Shown in pieces: positions 1 through 9,872 of a stretch of DNA of 64,000 nucleotides. Each line of letters starts with the position of its first letter. Positions within the stretch are counted from its first letter, which is position 1. The position numbers and the translations under genes were made by a program. The notes under the pieces were generated by a model. That model searched no databases. It was not told the origin of the DNA and was given only the letters and a program-made list of their open reading frames with translations. Origin of the DNA: Bdellovibrionales bacterium (GTDB lineage: Bacteria; Pseudomonadota; Alphaproteobacteria; JAIXQD01); contig JBFWRI010000008.1 of NCBI GenBank assembly GCA_050248995.1, positions 3,214-67,213 on the forward strand. The letters run 5' to 3'.

Positions 1-243
1 TGCGTCGGCAGCTACGCTGTGAATGGACACCAGCCGGTGGCGGCTTTCTATGCGGTCTGGCGCGCCGGTGCGACGTCACCGCAGCGCTATAGCACACTGG
101 CCGAACTGCAGGCAGCCCTGCCCCGCTGTGCCGCCACGTTGCGCGGCGCCGAACAGGTGATCGGCACGCGTGATTACTATAACTCCGTCAGCTTTAGCGC
201 GCTGATGGCCACCCGCAAGGACCAGCGCAGCTATGACATTTAA
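1..243 (+). CDS. C-terminal fragment of a hypothetical protein (gene starts left of the window)
   Basis: Frame 1 is open from nt 1 to the TAA at 241-243; no family motif recognised. Confidence 0.3.
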   Translation, partial: CVGSYAVNGHQPVAAFYAVWRAGATSPQRYSTLAELQAALPRCAATLRGAEQVIGTRDYYNSVSFSALMATRKDQRSYDI

Positions 244-634
244 GTTCATCACGCCGCTGGTTGTTGCCGCCAGCATCGGCGGGCAGGCCTTGCCCGCTGC
301 CGCGCGCGATTACACATCGTATACGCAGACAGCTGCCGCGCAGCCTTATGCGCGTTTCGCCAACGCGCCGCTGTGCATGGATGCCGATTACCAGTTTGAT
401 GATGGGCCGCAGATGTTCGTTGGCATCAGCGGGTCCATTCCCTTCGGCGTGCAGCAGGAGCGCCCGCGCCAACCACGCCTTAGCCTGCGCATCTCCAGCA
501 GCCGTGGCGAAACATGCGATACGGGCTGGAATACTTTATATGATTACAGCCTGACGCCACGCACGGTACCCGTGCAGCGCCCGACACCGCGCCAAGGTTT
601 GTATCTGGGCGGTTACGGGTTACGAAACGAATAA
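233..634 (+). CDS. hypothetical secreted protein (133 aa)
   Basis: N-terminal hydrophobic signal-like segment MTFKFITPLVVAASIGGQALPAAA; no family recognised. Confidence 0.4.
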   Translation: MTFKFITPLVVAASIGGQALPAAARDYTSYTQTAAAQPYARFANAPLCMDADYQFDDGPQMFVGISGSIPFGVQQERPRQPRLSLRISSSRGETCDTGWNTLYDYSLTPRTVPVQRPTPRQGLYLGGYGLRNE

Positions 635-805
635 GTTTCTTGCTGCGCCGTACCGCCTGCGACTTGTCCACAACGTTCTTGTGATGTGTGCGCTGCAAAA
701 AAGCAAAGCAATAAAACAACAGCCGTAATGCCTTGCTACCGCGCCAGCACCGGGTCAGACTATTTTCCTATGCCCACGAAAGCGTGAACGCCTGCAGGAG
801 GAATT

Positions 806-1405
806 ATGCGCAAGCTTACTGCCACCGCCGCGGCCCTGATGGGGGCCATCACCGTTGCCTGTTCGCCTGCGCCGCCGCCGGCTCCGCGCCTGTCGCCCGC
901 TGCAGGGTATGCAAATGACGCATCCTACCTTGCGTGCCTTACATTCAACCCGGAAGCCCGCATCCGCGATGCGCAGGGCAGCCTGTTGGTGGCAGAGCAG
1001 CGCCAGAGTGCGTGCCAGGTCTTCGTGCAGCATAACGCCACGGGCGAAATTGATGTGCGCAGCGGCATGGTGCCGATGCCGCTGTATCGCCCGGGTATTA
1101 TACCGCATTATAATGCACAGCAGGCTCCGGTTATATCCCTGATGAGTAATGTCCCGGACAGGACATGTGAAGCGCGCTATACGCTGGACTCTAATCTGGC
1201 AGTTACGGATGTCGATTATATTGCCAACACCAATACCAGCCGTCGCGTTTGGGATGATTTCGAGTCGTTCGCGCGCGACAATGCCGAGTGCGGGCTGAGT
1301 ATGCATAACTTCGAGCGCGAACTGCGCACGAATATCGAAACGCGGCGTAACGTGATGGCGCCGTTGAACCAGTTGGCGCAGGATCTGGGTAGCCGCCCAG
1401 CGTGA
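806..1405 (+). CDS. putative lipoprotein (199 aa)
   Basis: AGGAGG 5 nt upstream of the ATG; signal peptide ending in lipobox-like ITVAC; no family recognised. Confidence 0.5.
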   Translation: MRKLTATAAALMGAITVACSPAPPPAPRLSPAAGYANDASYLACLTFNPEARIRDAQGSLLVAEQRQSACQVFVQHNATGEIDVRSGMVPMPLYRPGIIPHYNAQQAPVISLMSNVPDRTCEARYTLDSNLAVTDVDYIANTNTSRRVWDDFESFARDNAECGLSMHNFERELRTNIETRRNVMAPLNQLAQDLGSRPA

Positions 1406-1558
1406 AGACGTCGCAGCGTATTCGGTTCTATACCAAAACGATATAGGCCATATCTGCCATTTTCCAAGTGCGACCGCATAGTAACAACTTGTTCAGCGTC
1501 TGCGGCGTAAACTCGCCATCGGGGACTTATATACAAAGAAGAATCCGAGGGTTTGATC

Positions 1559-2701
1559 ATGACGAATATCGTAATTGCCGCCTATTACCGCACGCCGTTT
1601 CAGCCGGCAACCAAGGGCACACTGGCCAAGGTACGGCCCGATGAGATGGCGGCGCAGCTGGCGCGCGGGTTGATTGCAAAAACCAAAATCGATGCGGGTA
1701 CGCTGGAAGACCTGATGATGGGTTGTGCCTTTCCGGAAGGCGAGCAGGGCTTCAACGTGGCGCGTCTTGTTGAACAGCTGGCCGATATACCAATCAGCGT
1801 GCCGGGTGTGACGATCAACCGCTTCTGCGGTTCGTCGATGACGGGCATCCACATGGCAGCCGGCCAGATAGCAGCCGGCGCAGGCGATGCCTTTCTATGC
1901 ATGGGCGTTGAAAGCATGAGCCGCATCCCGATGGGTGGCTTCAATCCGATGCCGCATCCCGAACTGGCTGCAAAAAACGAAGGCGCATATATGGCGATGG
2001 GCATCACCGCCGAGAACGTGGCCAAGAAATTCCAGATTAGCCGCGATGCGCAGGATGAATTCGCGATGAACAGCCACACGAAGGCAGCCGCCGCGCGCGA
2101 CGCAGGACGCCTGCAGAACGAAATCATGCCTGTATCCGACCCGAAAAGCGGCGCCGTGATCATGGATGACGGCTGTATCCGCGCTGAAACCAACCTGGCC
2201 AAGCTGGCGGAACTGAAGCCGAGTTTTCTGGAAGGCGGCGTTGTAACAGCCGGTACATCAAGCCCGCTGACTGATGGTGCTTCCGCTGTTATCGTATGCA
2301 CTGAAGAGTATGCGAAGAAGAATGGCCTGACGCCACTGGCGCGCATCAAGGCGTTTGCGGCGGCCGGCTGTGACCCGACCATCATGGGCATGGGGCCTGT
2401 TCCGGCCGTCAAGAAAGCGCTGGAGCGCGCGAAGCTGAAGATCAGCGATATCGACATCTTCGAACTGAATGAAGCTTTCGCTGCGCAGGCTTTGGCGGTC
2501 ATCCGCGAACTGGGAATGGACATCAACAAGGTGAACCTGGATGGCGGCGCGATCGCGATTGGCCACCCGTTGGGCGCATCGGGTGCGCGCATCACCGGTA
2601 AGGCCGCGGCGCTGCTAAGCCGCGAGCGCAAGAAATACGCTGTCGCCAGCATGTGCATTGGCGGCGGTCAGGGTGTAGCGACGGTACTGGAAGCGATCTA
2701 A
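1559..2701 (+). CDS. fadA: acetyl-CoA C-acyltransferase (3-ketoacyl-CoA thiolase)
   Basis: Thiolase signatures: active-site Cys context NRFCGSSM and C-terminal CIGGGQG. ORF opens at TTG 1553, but ATG 1559 follows a GAGGG Shine-Dalgarno. First gene of a tightly packed beta-oxidation operon. Confidence 0.9.
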   Translation: MTNIVIAAYYRTPFQPATKGTLAKVRPDEMAAQLARGLIAKTKIDAGTLEDLMMGCAFPEGEQGFNVARLVEQLADIPISVPGVTINRFCGSSMTGIHMAAGQIAAGAGDAFLCMGVESMSRIPMGGFNPMPHPELAAKNEGAYMAMGITAENVAKKFQISRDAQDEFAMNSHTKAAAARDAGRLQNEIMPVSDPKSGAVIMDDGCIRAETNLAKLAELKPSFLEGGVVTAGTSSPLTDGASAVIVCTEEYAKKNGLTPLARIKAFAAAGCDPTIMGMGPVPAVKKALERAKLKISDIDIFELNEAFAAQALAVIRELGMDINKVNLDGGAIAIGHPLGASGARITGKAAALLSRERKKYAVASMCIGGGQGVATVLEAI

Positions 2702-5029
2702 ATGGCTTTAGAAATCAAAAAAATAGCGGTCATCGGCGCCGGTGTGATGGGCGCACAGATTGCAGCACAATGCGCTAACGCCGGTGTGCCGGTTGTTCTG
2801 CTGGATATCGTGCCGAAAGAAGGTGAGCGTACGGCGTTGGCCAAGGGTGCGATTGATAAGCTGCTAACGATGGACCCGGCGCCGCTGATGCATAAGAAGA
2901 ATGCGTCGCTGATTACACCCGGCAATCTGGAAGACGACATCCAGCAGCTGGCCGAATGCGACTGGATCATCGAAGCGATTATCGAGCGGCTGGACCTGAA
3001 GCAGCAGCTGTATAAGAAAGTGGATATGGTGCGCAAAGCCGGCTCGGTGGTGTCATCGAACACATCAACCATCCCGCTGCGCGAACTGGTCAAGGGCCAA
3101 AGCGACGAATTCCAGCGCGACTTCATGGTTACGCACTTCTTCAACCCGCCGCGTTACATGCGCCTGCTGGAGCTGGTGCCGGGCGCAAAGACCGAGCGCG
3201 GCAAGCTGGAGATTATTCGCCAGTTCTGCGACGTTCGCCTGGGTAAGGGCGTAGTTGTCGCCAAGGATACGCCGGGCTTCATCGCAAACCGCATCGGCAT
3301 TTACTGGATCCAGACCGCCATCAACGCCGCGATTGATATGGGCCTGACGGTCGAAGAAACCGATGCGGCGCTGGGCAAGCCGATGGGCACACCCATGGGC
3401 GTGTTCAAGTTGGCCGACCTTGTGGGCCTTGACCTGATGCCGCACATCAACAAGTCGATGTTGGACCTGTTGCCGGAAAAAGATGCCTACCGCGGAGCCG
3501 TGCGTGATTTGCCGTTGATGACGAAGATGATTGCCGATGGTTATACCGGCCGCAAGGGTAAGGGTGGCTTCTATCGTCTGCTGCGCGAAGGTGAGCGTAA
3601 AGAAAAGCAGGTGATCGACCTGAAGACCGGCGAATATCGTGCCGAAGAAAAATCGCGCCTCGCATCACTGGATGCGCGGGGTCTGCAGAACGTTTTTAAG
3701 ATAAAAGACAAAGGCAGCGCCATCCTCGAACATGTGCTGGTGGAAGTAATTGATTATGCCGCCTCATTGCTGGGCACGATCGCCGACACAGCGGATGATA
3801 TCGACCGCGCGATGCGCATGGGATTCAACTGGAAGAAGGGCCCGTTCGAGCTGCTGGATGATGTGGGCGCCGACTGGCTGGCGGCAAAGCTGACCGAGAA
3901 AAAGCGCCCAGTTCCGGCGATTGTGGAAGCGGCGAAAGGCAAAACGATTTATCGGCTTGAGGGCGGCCGCATGGAAATGCTGGGCGCTGATGGCAAATAT
4001 GTGCCGCTGTCGCGCGGCGAAGGCGTTCTGCTGCTGAACGACATCAAGAAAACGCAGAAGCCGCTGTTGAAAAACGGCAGTGCCGCCGTGTGGGATATCG
4101 GCGACGGCGTTTTGTGTTTTGAATTCACCGGCAAGATGAATACTATCGACCCGTTCGTGTTCCAGCTGATGGGCGAGACGATCCAGAAAATCAGCGGCGA
4201 AAACAGCCTGCACCGTGCGCTGGTGATTTACAGCGAAGCCGACCAGTTCTCGGCCGGCGCCAACCTTGGTTTGGCACTGTTCGCACTGAACGTCGGCCTG
4301 TATGACCAGATTGCCGAGCTGGTGGCGCAGGGCCAGCAGATATACAAGGCGCTGAAGTATGCGCCGTTCCCCGTTGTCGGCGCGCCGGGCGGCCTTGCAC
4401 TTGGCGGCGGCTGCGAAATCCTGCTGCACTGTGATGCAGTTGTGGCGCATGCTGAACTGTATACCGGCCTTGTGGAATGCGGCGTCGGTATCGTGCCGGG
4501 CTGGGGCGGCTGCAAGGAACTGCTGAACCGCATGGCGCAGCGCAAGGGCGCGAAAGGCCCGATGCCGGCTGTTGTCGGTGCATTCGAGCAGATCAGCACG
4601 GCCAAATTCTCGAAATCGGCGATGGAAGCGCGCGACCTTCTGTACCTGCGCGAGTCAGACACGATCACCATGAATCGCGACCGCTTACTGTTTGATGCCA
4701 AGCAGCGCGCGCTGGAACTGGCGAACGGTTACAAGCCGCCGGAGCCGATGGCACCGTTACCGCTGCCCGGGCCGACCGGTAAAACGGCGGCGCTGATGGC
4801 GCTGGAAGGCTTCCGCCTTGCTGGCAAGGCGACCGCGCATGACGTGACGGTGTCGACAGGCCTGGCTGAAGTGCTGAGCGGCGGGCCCAAGGCCGACATG
4901 CTGACGCCAACCACCGAAGACCAGATACTGGCGCTGGAGCGCGACGTCTTTATGAAGCTGATCAAGACCAAGGAAACGCTGGCCCGCATCGAGCACATGC
5001 TGGAAACTGGCAAACCGCTGAGGAATTAA
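2702..5029 (+). CDS. bifunctional 3-hydroxyacyl-CoA dehydrogenase / enoyl-CoA hydratase (FadN-like domain order: dehydrogenase N-terminal, crotonase C-terminal)
   Basis: N-terminal Rossmann motif VIGAGVMGAQIA; C-terminal crotonase-like segment IYSEADQFSAGANLG. ATG directly abuts the thiolase stop. Confidence 0.9.
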   Translation: MALEIKKIAVIGAGVMGAQIAAQCANAGVPVVLLDIVPKEGERTALAKGAIDKLLTMDPAPLMHKKNASLITPGNLEDDIQQLAECDWIIEAIIERLDLKQQLYKKVDMVRKAGSVVSSNTSTIPLRELVKGQSDEFQRDFMVTHFFNPPRYMRLLELVPGAKTERGKLEIIRQFCDVRLGKGVVVAKDTPGFIANRIGIYWIQTAINAAIDMGLTVEETDAALGKPMGTPMGVFKLADLVGLDLMPHINKSMLDLLPEKDAYRGAVRDLPLMTKMIADGYTGRKGKGGFYRLLREGERKEKQVIDLKTGEYRAEEKSRLASLDARGLQNVFKIKDKGSAILEHVLVEVIDYAASLLGTIADTADDIDRAMRMGFNWKKGPFELLDDVGADWLAAKLTEKKRPVPAIVEAAKGKTIYRLEGGRMEMLGADGKYVPLSRGEGVLLLNDIKKTQKPLLKNGSAAVWDIGDGVLCFEFTGKMNTIDPFVFQLMGETIQKISGENSLHRALVIYSEADQFSAGANLGLALFALNVGLYDQIAELVAQGQQIYKALKYAPFPVVGAPGGLALGGGCEILLHCDAVVAHAELYTGLVECGVGIVPGWGGCKELLNRMAQRKGAKGPMPAVVGAFEQISTAKFSKSAMEARDLLYLRESDTITMNRDRLLFDAKQRALELANGYKPPEPMAPLPLPGPTGKTAALMALEGFRLAGKATAHDVTVSTGLAEVLSGGPKADMLTPTTEDQILALERDVFMKLIKTKETLARIEHMLETGKPLRN

Positions 5030-5031
5030 CG

Positions 5032-6828
5032 ATGCCCATCTATAAAGCCCCCATTCGTGACATGAACTTCGTACTGTTCGAGGTGCTGGGCGCCGAAGTG
5101 CTGGCACAGCTGCCGGGCTATGAAGAGGCCACGCCCGATATGTTCACGGCCGTGCTGGAAGAAGCAGGCAAGGTGGCCGAAGAAGTTCTGCTGCCGCTGA
5201 ACCGCACGGGCGACGAAGAAGGCTGCACCTATATGAACGGTGATGTGCGCACGCCGAAGGGCTTCCCCGAAGCGTATAAGACATTCCGCGAAGGCGGCTG
5301 GACGGCGCTGGCTGCGCCGACCGAGCACGGCGGACAAGGTCTGCCATTAACGCTCGACAGTGCTGTGGGCGAGATGTTCTGCAGCGCGAACCTGTCATTC
5401 AGCATGTACCCAGGCCTGTCGCACGGAGCGTTGCGCGCCATCGAAACATGGGGCACTGACGAACAAAAGCATGCCTATCTGCCGAAGCTGACCGATGGCA
5501 CATGGAGCGGCACGATGTGCCTGACCGAGCCGCACTGCGGCACCGATCTGGGCCTGATCCGCACCAAGGCGGTGCCGGATGGCAAGGGTGCTTACAAGAT
5601 TACCGGCACCAAGATTTTCATCAGTGCCGGCGAACACGACCTGACCGACAACATCATTCACCTTGTGCTGGCCAAGCTGCCGGATGCGCCTGCGGGCACC
5701 AAGGGTATTTCGCTGTTCATCGTGCCGAAGTTCATGCCGAAGGCAGATGGCACGGCAGGTGCGCGCAACGGCGTGCGCTGCGGCAGTATCGAACACAAAA
5801 TGGGCATCAAGGCTTCGGCCACCTGCGTGATGAACTTTGATGACGCGGTTGGCTACCTGATTGGGCCGCCGAACAGCGGCATGAAGGCCATGTTCACGAT
5901 GATGAACGCCGCGCGTCTGGGTGTGGGCCTGCAGGGCCTGTCGCTGGCGGAAATTGCCACGCAGAATGCCGTTTCTTACGCTAAGGACCGCCTGCAGGGC
6001 CGTTCTCTGGCGGGTGCGCAGTTCCCCGACAAGCCAGCCGACCCGCTGATTGTGCACCCGGATGTGCGCAAGAACCTGCTGACCATGAAAGCCTATACCG
6101 AAGGCTGCCGTGCGCTGGCGTTCTGGACGGCGATGCACCTTGATATTAGTCACAAGCATCCCGATGCAGCGGTGCGCAAGGAGGCTGACGATCTGGTGCA
6201 GCTGATGACGCCCATTGTGAAATCGCTGCTGACTGATAAGGGCAGCGAAGTCGCCAACCTCGGCATGCAGGTTTACGGTGGTCACGGGTACATTCGCGAA
6301 CACGGCATGGAACAGTATGTGCGCGACGCGCGCATCACGCAGATTTATGAAGGCGCCAACGGCATCCAGGCGCTGGACCTTGTGGGCCGCAAGCTGGGGG
6401 ACGGCATGGGCCGTCTGCTGCGCCGCTTTTTCCACCCGGCACTGGCCTTTATGGATGCCAACGCGGGCAATGCCGCGATCGGCGACCTGATCCCGCAATT
6501 CGGCAAGGCGTTCAACCGTCTGCAGCAGGCCACGCTGCTGGTAGCCGAAAAAGGCATGGCCAAGCCGGAAGAAGCCGGCGCGATGGCGATGGATTACCTG
6601 AACACGTTCGGCCTGGTGGCGGTTGCCTACATGTGGCTGCAAATGGCCAAGGTGGCATCGGAAAAACTGCCGACAGCCGCGAACGACGCCGAGAAAGCGT
6701 TCTATGACGCCAAGATCAAGACAGCGCAGTTCTATTTCGCCAAGATCCTGCCGCAGGTGAATGGCCTGTTGTTGTCGCTGCAATCAGGTGCAAAACCCCT
6801 TATGGCGATGACGGCCGACCAATTCTAG
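5032..6828 (+). CDS. acyl-CoA dehydrogenase, long (~600 aa) form with extra N- and C-terminal domains
   Basis: ACAD core motifs (GTMCLTEPHCGTDL, QVYGGHGYIREHGMEQYVRDARITQIYEGANGIQ); starts 2 nt after the preceding stop. Confidence 0.9.
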   Translation: MPIYKAPIRDMNFVLFEVLGAEVLAQLPGYEEATPDMFTAVLEEAGKVAEEVLLPLNRTGDEEGCTYMNGDVRTPKGFPEAYKTFREGGWTALAAPTEHGGQGLPLTLDSAVGEMFCSANLSFSMYPGLSHGALRAIETWGTDEQKHAYLPKLTDGTWSGTMCLTEPHCGTDLGLIRTKAVPDGKGAYKITGTKIFISAGEHDLTDNIIHLVLAKLPDAPAGTKGISLFIVPKFMPKADGTAGARNGVRCGSIEHKMGIKASATCVMNFDDAVGYLIGPPNSGMKAMFTMMNAARLGVGLQGLSLAEIATQNAVSYAKDRLQGRSLAGAQFPDKPADPLIVHPDVRKNLLTMKAYTEGCRALAFWTAMHLDISHKHPDAAVRKEADDLVQLMTPIVKSLLTDKGSEVANLGMQVYGGHGYIREHGMEQYVRDARITQIYEGANGIQALDLVGRKLGDGMGRLLRRFFHPALAFMDANAGNAAIGDLIPQFGKAFNRLQQATLLVAEKGMAKPEEAGAMAMDYLNTFGLVAVAYMWLQMAKVASEKLPTAANDAEKAFYDAKIKTAQFYFAKILPQVNGLLLSLQSGAKPLMAMTADQF

Positions 6829-6952
6829 AGGGCGGTCCGTCCTAGCGGGCGTCTAGCTTAGCTGCCTGCGCTTCCGGTGCTCACGTACTTCAATGTACGC
6901 TACGCTCCGGTTCTCGGCAGCGTCGCTATTCACCGCGCTATTACGAACCTTC
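6827..6952. repeat. ~125-nt imperfect palindromic intergenic repeat, copy A
   Basis: Core ctgcgcttccggtgctcacgtacttcaatgtacgctacgctccggttctcggcagc recurs at 22986-23052 with few substitutions. Left and right arms are largely complementary. Confidence 0.6.
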
Positions 6953-6954
6953 TA

Positions 6955-7200
6955 TTAGATTGTTGAAAACAAAACCTCAGGGTTACTTCTCGCTATAGAC
7001 TGTTTGTCTCTAATCCACTTTTTTAGTTTGCGAGCATCTCTTCGAAATAGAAGTTCAAACTCTTCTAACCACTTAAACTCTCCTGATTTATTTGGGATTT
7101 TTATATATAAGGTATCCCTTGTTTCATCGATGCCAACTCTCCAGGAGCTAGATCCGATTTGTTCTTGCGCTATTTCGAGCAGTTGACTGTTGCTAAGCAT
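6955..7200 (-). CDS. small hypothetical protein (81 aa from ATG 7200; ORF extends to GTG 7245) in an AT-rich patch
   Basis: Balanced protein-like composition. AAGAGA 6 nt upstream of ATG 7200. Local base composition is clearly more AT-rich than the flanks. Confidence 0.35.
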   Translation of the reverse strand: MLSNSQLLEIAQEQIGSSSWRVGIDETRDTLYIKIPNKSGEFKWLEEFELLFRRDARKLKKWIRDKQSIARSNPEVLFSTI

Positions 7201-7296
7201 ATAAGTCTCTTTCTGTTTTGCGCCCCCCGCCAAAAATGATTTCACGATACAAAGGCCGATTCAAGATTTTTTATTGCTGACCGCAAACGCGGTAGG

Positions 7297-8853
7297 CTAA
7301 GCGACGTTCGGTTCGTCGTCGCTGTTGCGGTTGGCCGGAACCTTATCAGGCCGCATGGTGAAGTACAGCAGCAGGCCGGTGGCCGTAAGGCCGGTAGCAG
7401 CTTCGATCACGCTATCTAGTGCGCCCAGCGGGTTGCGCGCCGCTTGTGAGGCCGCTTCCATCGCCGCGCCGGGATCGGTAACGGCCTGCACGGCTGTTTC
7501 GAAACCCTGCGCTGCCGCTTTACTGCTGGAGCTGATAATGGCGGTAACGGAATCGGGGCCCATAGCGGCCTTGGCTTGCAGTAGCTGGGCGGCATGGGCG
7601 CGGGCTTCGACCGGCAACAGAGCCACAGCGCCGATGGTGGCGGCGATTTTACCGAATGTTCCGGTGGCTGCGCGAACGCGTGCGTCGTGTGCAGCCTTGG
7701 CCCGGGCACGGGCTTCTGCATAGGTTGGTTCCCACACCTCGGGCGTATGGCAGTGAATTGTGAGATTTAGAAGGTCTGACTTGCCACCCGGCAGGCGGAA
7801 CAGACCAACACCTTTGGCCCTGAGGTTGTCAGGATGGTTTTCCTTGGCGAGAAAGTTTTCAAGGATATCTTCAAGCCCGATCGGATTGTCTTCGCCCGGG
7901 GGCTTCGTCAGATCGGGGCGCCGGCGGCGGCCCAGCTTCTCGGCAATGCACATGGCAATATCAAGCGAGTTTCCGCCCACCGTACCGACAATCGGTTCTG
8001 GCTGGATGTTATTGGGGCTGAAAGCGCGGCCGATAAGCGCGGCCGACAGGGCGCGGGTTTTCTCGACAGTATCAACGATGAAATCGGGCGTCAGGCCATC
8101 CAGCGTCTTGACCTTGGCAACCATGCGCACGGCCATGCGGGCGCCTTTACCCATCAAGCCGCGGGCCGCGGTTTTACCCAGCATCATATAGGTCAGTTCG
8201 CGCGCAACAACGCTGCTGGGGACGATATAGGGTATATTCGCTGCATTGATCTTTTCCATGGCCTGCCGGATTTCGGCCGCCACTTCCCGGCGCCGTTCCA
8301 TCGGCGCATGTTTCAGGCTGATGCTGCCAATATCCTCATAAATCTTATGGTCTTGCGATGCCAGAAAACGCGCACGCTGCGATTCTGGCGTGGTGCAGAA
8401 CATCTTGATGGTATGCTGTTTCAGGCCCTGCCCGACGGGAACCCATTGCATACTGCCATCTTCCTGCGGGATACATTCGGCCGGGTAGCCGTCAAGGTAG
8501 GCAAGAACCTTGCCGTTCTTTTTCAGGACGCCGCCCACATGGCCGTAACGTTCGACGGTGGGCCAGCCGATATGCAGGTGCGTGACGTTGAAGCTGATTT
8601 CATCAGCTTCCAAAAGCAGGGCTTCGGTTTGCGCTGGTGAATAACAATAAGTAGCGGGGATCTTTTCCACGGGATTGACCAGACCCGTTGTTTTCAGGCC
8701 TACAAATTCGCCGGTTTTCTCATCAATGATAAAATCCTGTTCTCCAACTTCGTAAGCATTGACAGGATCAAGGCGATGGGGGGTCATATCAATGTGCGCG
8801 CCACCGCCGGATGCGGAATGACCAGAACTATACGGTGGCAGCGGTTTACTCAT
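7297..8853 (-). CDS. hypothetical protein (518 aa), Ala-rich C-terminal third with one hydrophobic helix near the C-terminus
   Basis: Long uninterrupted ORF with protein-like composition. No P-loop or other catalytic motif recognised. Possible tail anchor GLTATGLLLYFTM. Confidence 0.6.
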   Translation of the reverse strand: MSKPLPPYSSGHSASGGGAHIDMTPHRLDPVNAYEVGEQDFIIDEKTGEFVGLKTTGLVNPVEKIPATYCYSPAQTEALLLEADEISFNVTHLHIGWPTVERYGHVGGVLKKNGKVLAYLDGYPAECIPQEDGSMQWVPVGQGLKQHTIKMFCTTPESQRARFLASQDHKIYEDIGSISLKHAPMERRREVAAEIRQAMEKINAANIPYIVPSSVVARELTYMMLGKTAARGLMGKGARMAVRMVAKVKTLDGLTPDFIVDTVEKTRALSAALIGRAFSPNNIQPEPIVGTVGGNSLDIAMCIAEKLGRRRRPDLTKPPGEDNPIGLEDILENFLAKENHPDNLRAKGVGLFRLPGGKSDLLNLTIHCHTPEVWEPTYAEARARAKAAHDARVRAATGTFGKIAATIGAVALLPVEARAHAAQLLQAKAAMGPDSVTAIISSSSKAAAQGFETAVQAVTDPGAAMEAASQAARNPLGALDSVIEAATGLTATGLLLYFTMRPDKVPANRNSDDEPNVA

Positions 8854-9088
8854 TCGAGACCCAATAGCTTGCCGAGAAAGGTGGAATGATTTTAACAGTT
8901 CTGACAGTTAAAAATGAGTTAACCACCTGATTTAGCAAGAAAATTTCTGCTGCGCCGCACAATCGGAGCCCATTTTGTTAATAAATAGGGGAAATCCCTG
9001 TGGAGAACCGGTGGATGGGCAGGAAAATATCGTTGGGATCGGGCACGCACCTAGCCGGCGATTCCGTGCAAATCCAGCAGGATAGTAG

Positions 9089-9850
9089 CTATTGCTTTGT
9101 CAACTTGTAGAGCAGGCCAGCGGTGGGTACGCGAATGCAGCCTGCGGGCTTGAAGAAGTGGTCGCGAACACCCTTCTTTGTATCATCTTCGCCGTCACGC
9201 CACGCAGCAACACGCAAATAATTCGTTCCATCCGCCGTCGTAATCACGTCGAAGCCGTCGATGTCATGGCTGAACGGGCCGTCTTCAATATCACGCGCGG
9301 TGTTTTCAGCGACAGCCATCGCGTGGCAGAAGCGCGCTTTCCAGTCGCGGCTGTTGATCAGGTCGCGCAGGGCATCGCGGTCGGCTTCTTTTTCCGTTCC
9401 GGCATTCTTGTCGCCCGCCCACACATCCATTTCCCATGTGCCTTCGGGAATCTTCTCGTCAAAAAAGCGGATGACAGGAGACCACACACCGCGGTGAAGC
9501 GCTGTTTCGGGCAGTGGCGCAGGGCGCATGCCGCGTTGGCTGCGATTGTGCTCATTCTTGATGTGGGCTGCGGCGCGCCATTCAGGCGTGGCTTCAGGCA
9601 TGTGCATATAAATTTTATGGTCAAGCGTGGTGCAGGGTTCGCGAATCTCGATTCTGGTCGCGCCAAGGTTTGTGGCCATTTGCTTCAGGCGCGCGTCATA
9701 GCTTTCGGCATCTTGCTGCATCTGGCGCAGTGTTTTCAGCGTCGAGCCGCCGATTTCAAAATAGCGCACACCGGTATTCGCCAGGAAATCGGGGCCTTTG
9801 TTTTCGTGGGCGAGAGAGCCTTTGATTGCCAGTTTTTTCATGGGGATCAC
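9089..9850 (-). CDS. hypothetical protein, tandem paralogue 3 of 3 (253 aa)
   Basis: Shares with 9873-10631 and 10632-11429: N-terminal DFLA-TG-RY---GG-TL, central RGVWSP ... G-W, and C-terminal ADG--YLR ... FF-PAGC. No signal peptide. Confidence 0.65.
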   Translation of the reverse strand: MIPMKKLAIKGSLAHENKGPDFLANTGVRYFEIGGSTLKTLRQMQQDAESYDARLKQMATNLGATRIEIREPCTTLDHKIYMHMPEATPEWRAAAHIKNEHNRSQRGMRPAPLPETALHRGVWSPVIRFFDEKIPEGTWEMDVWAGDKNAGTEKEADRDALRDLINSRDWKARFCHAMAVAENTARDIEDGPFSHDIDGFDVITTADGTNYLRVAAWRDGEDDTKKGVRDHFFKPAGCIRVPTAGLLYKLTKQ

Positions 9851-9872
9851 TTTAGGCTTCGCGGGCCCGGGG

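Noticed and set aside
1600-6783. Long antisense ORFs over the beta-oxidation operon (1600-2658, 3764-4450, 5395-6783)
   Set aside because: They overlap genes with clear thiolase, dehydrogenase-hydratase and ACAD signatures. They have no motifs and a skewed Arg/Ala/His composition.
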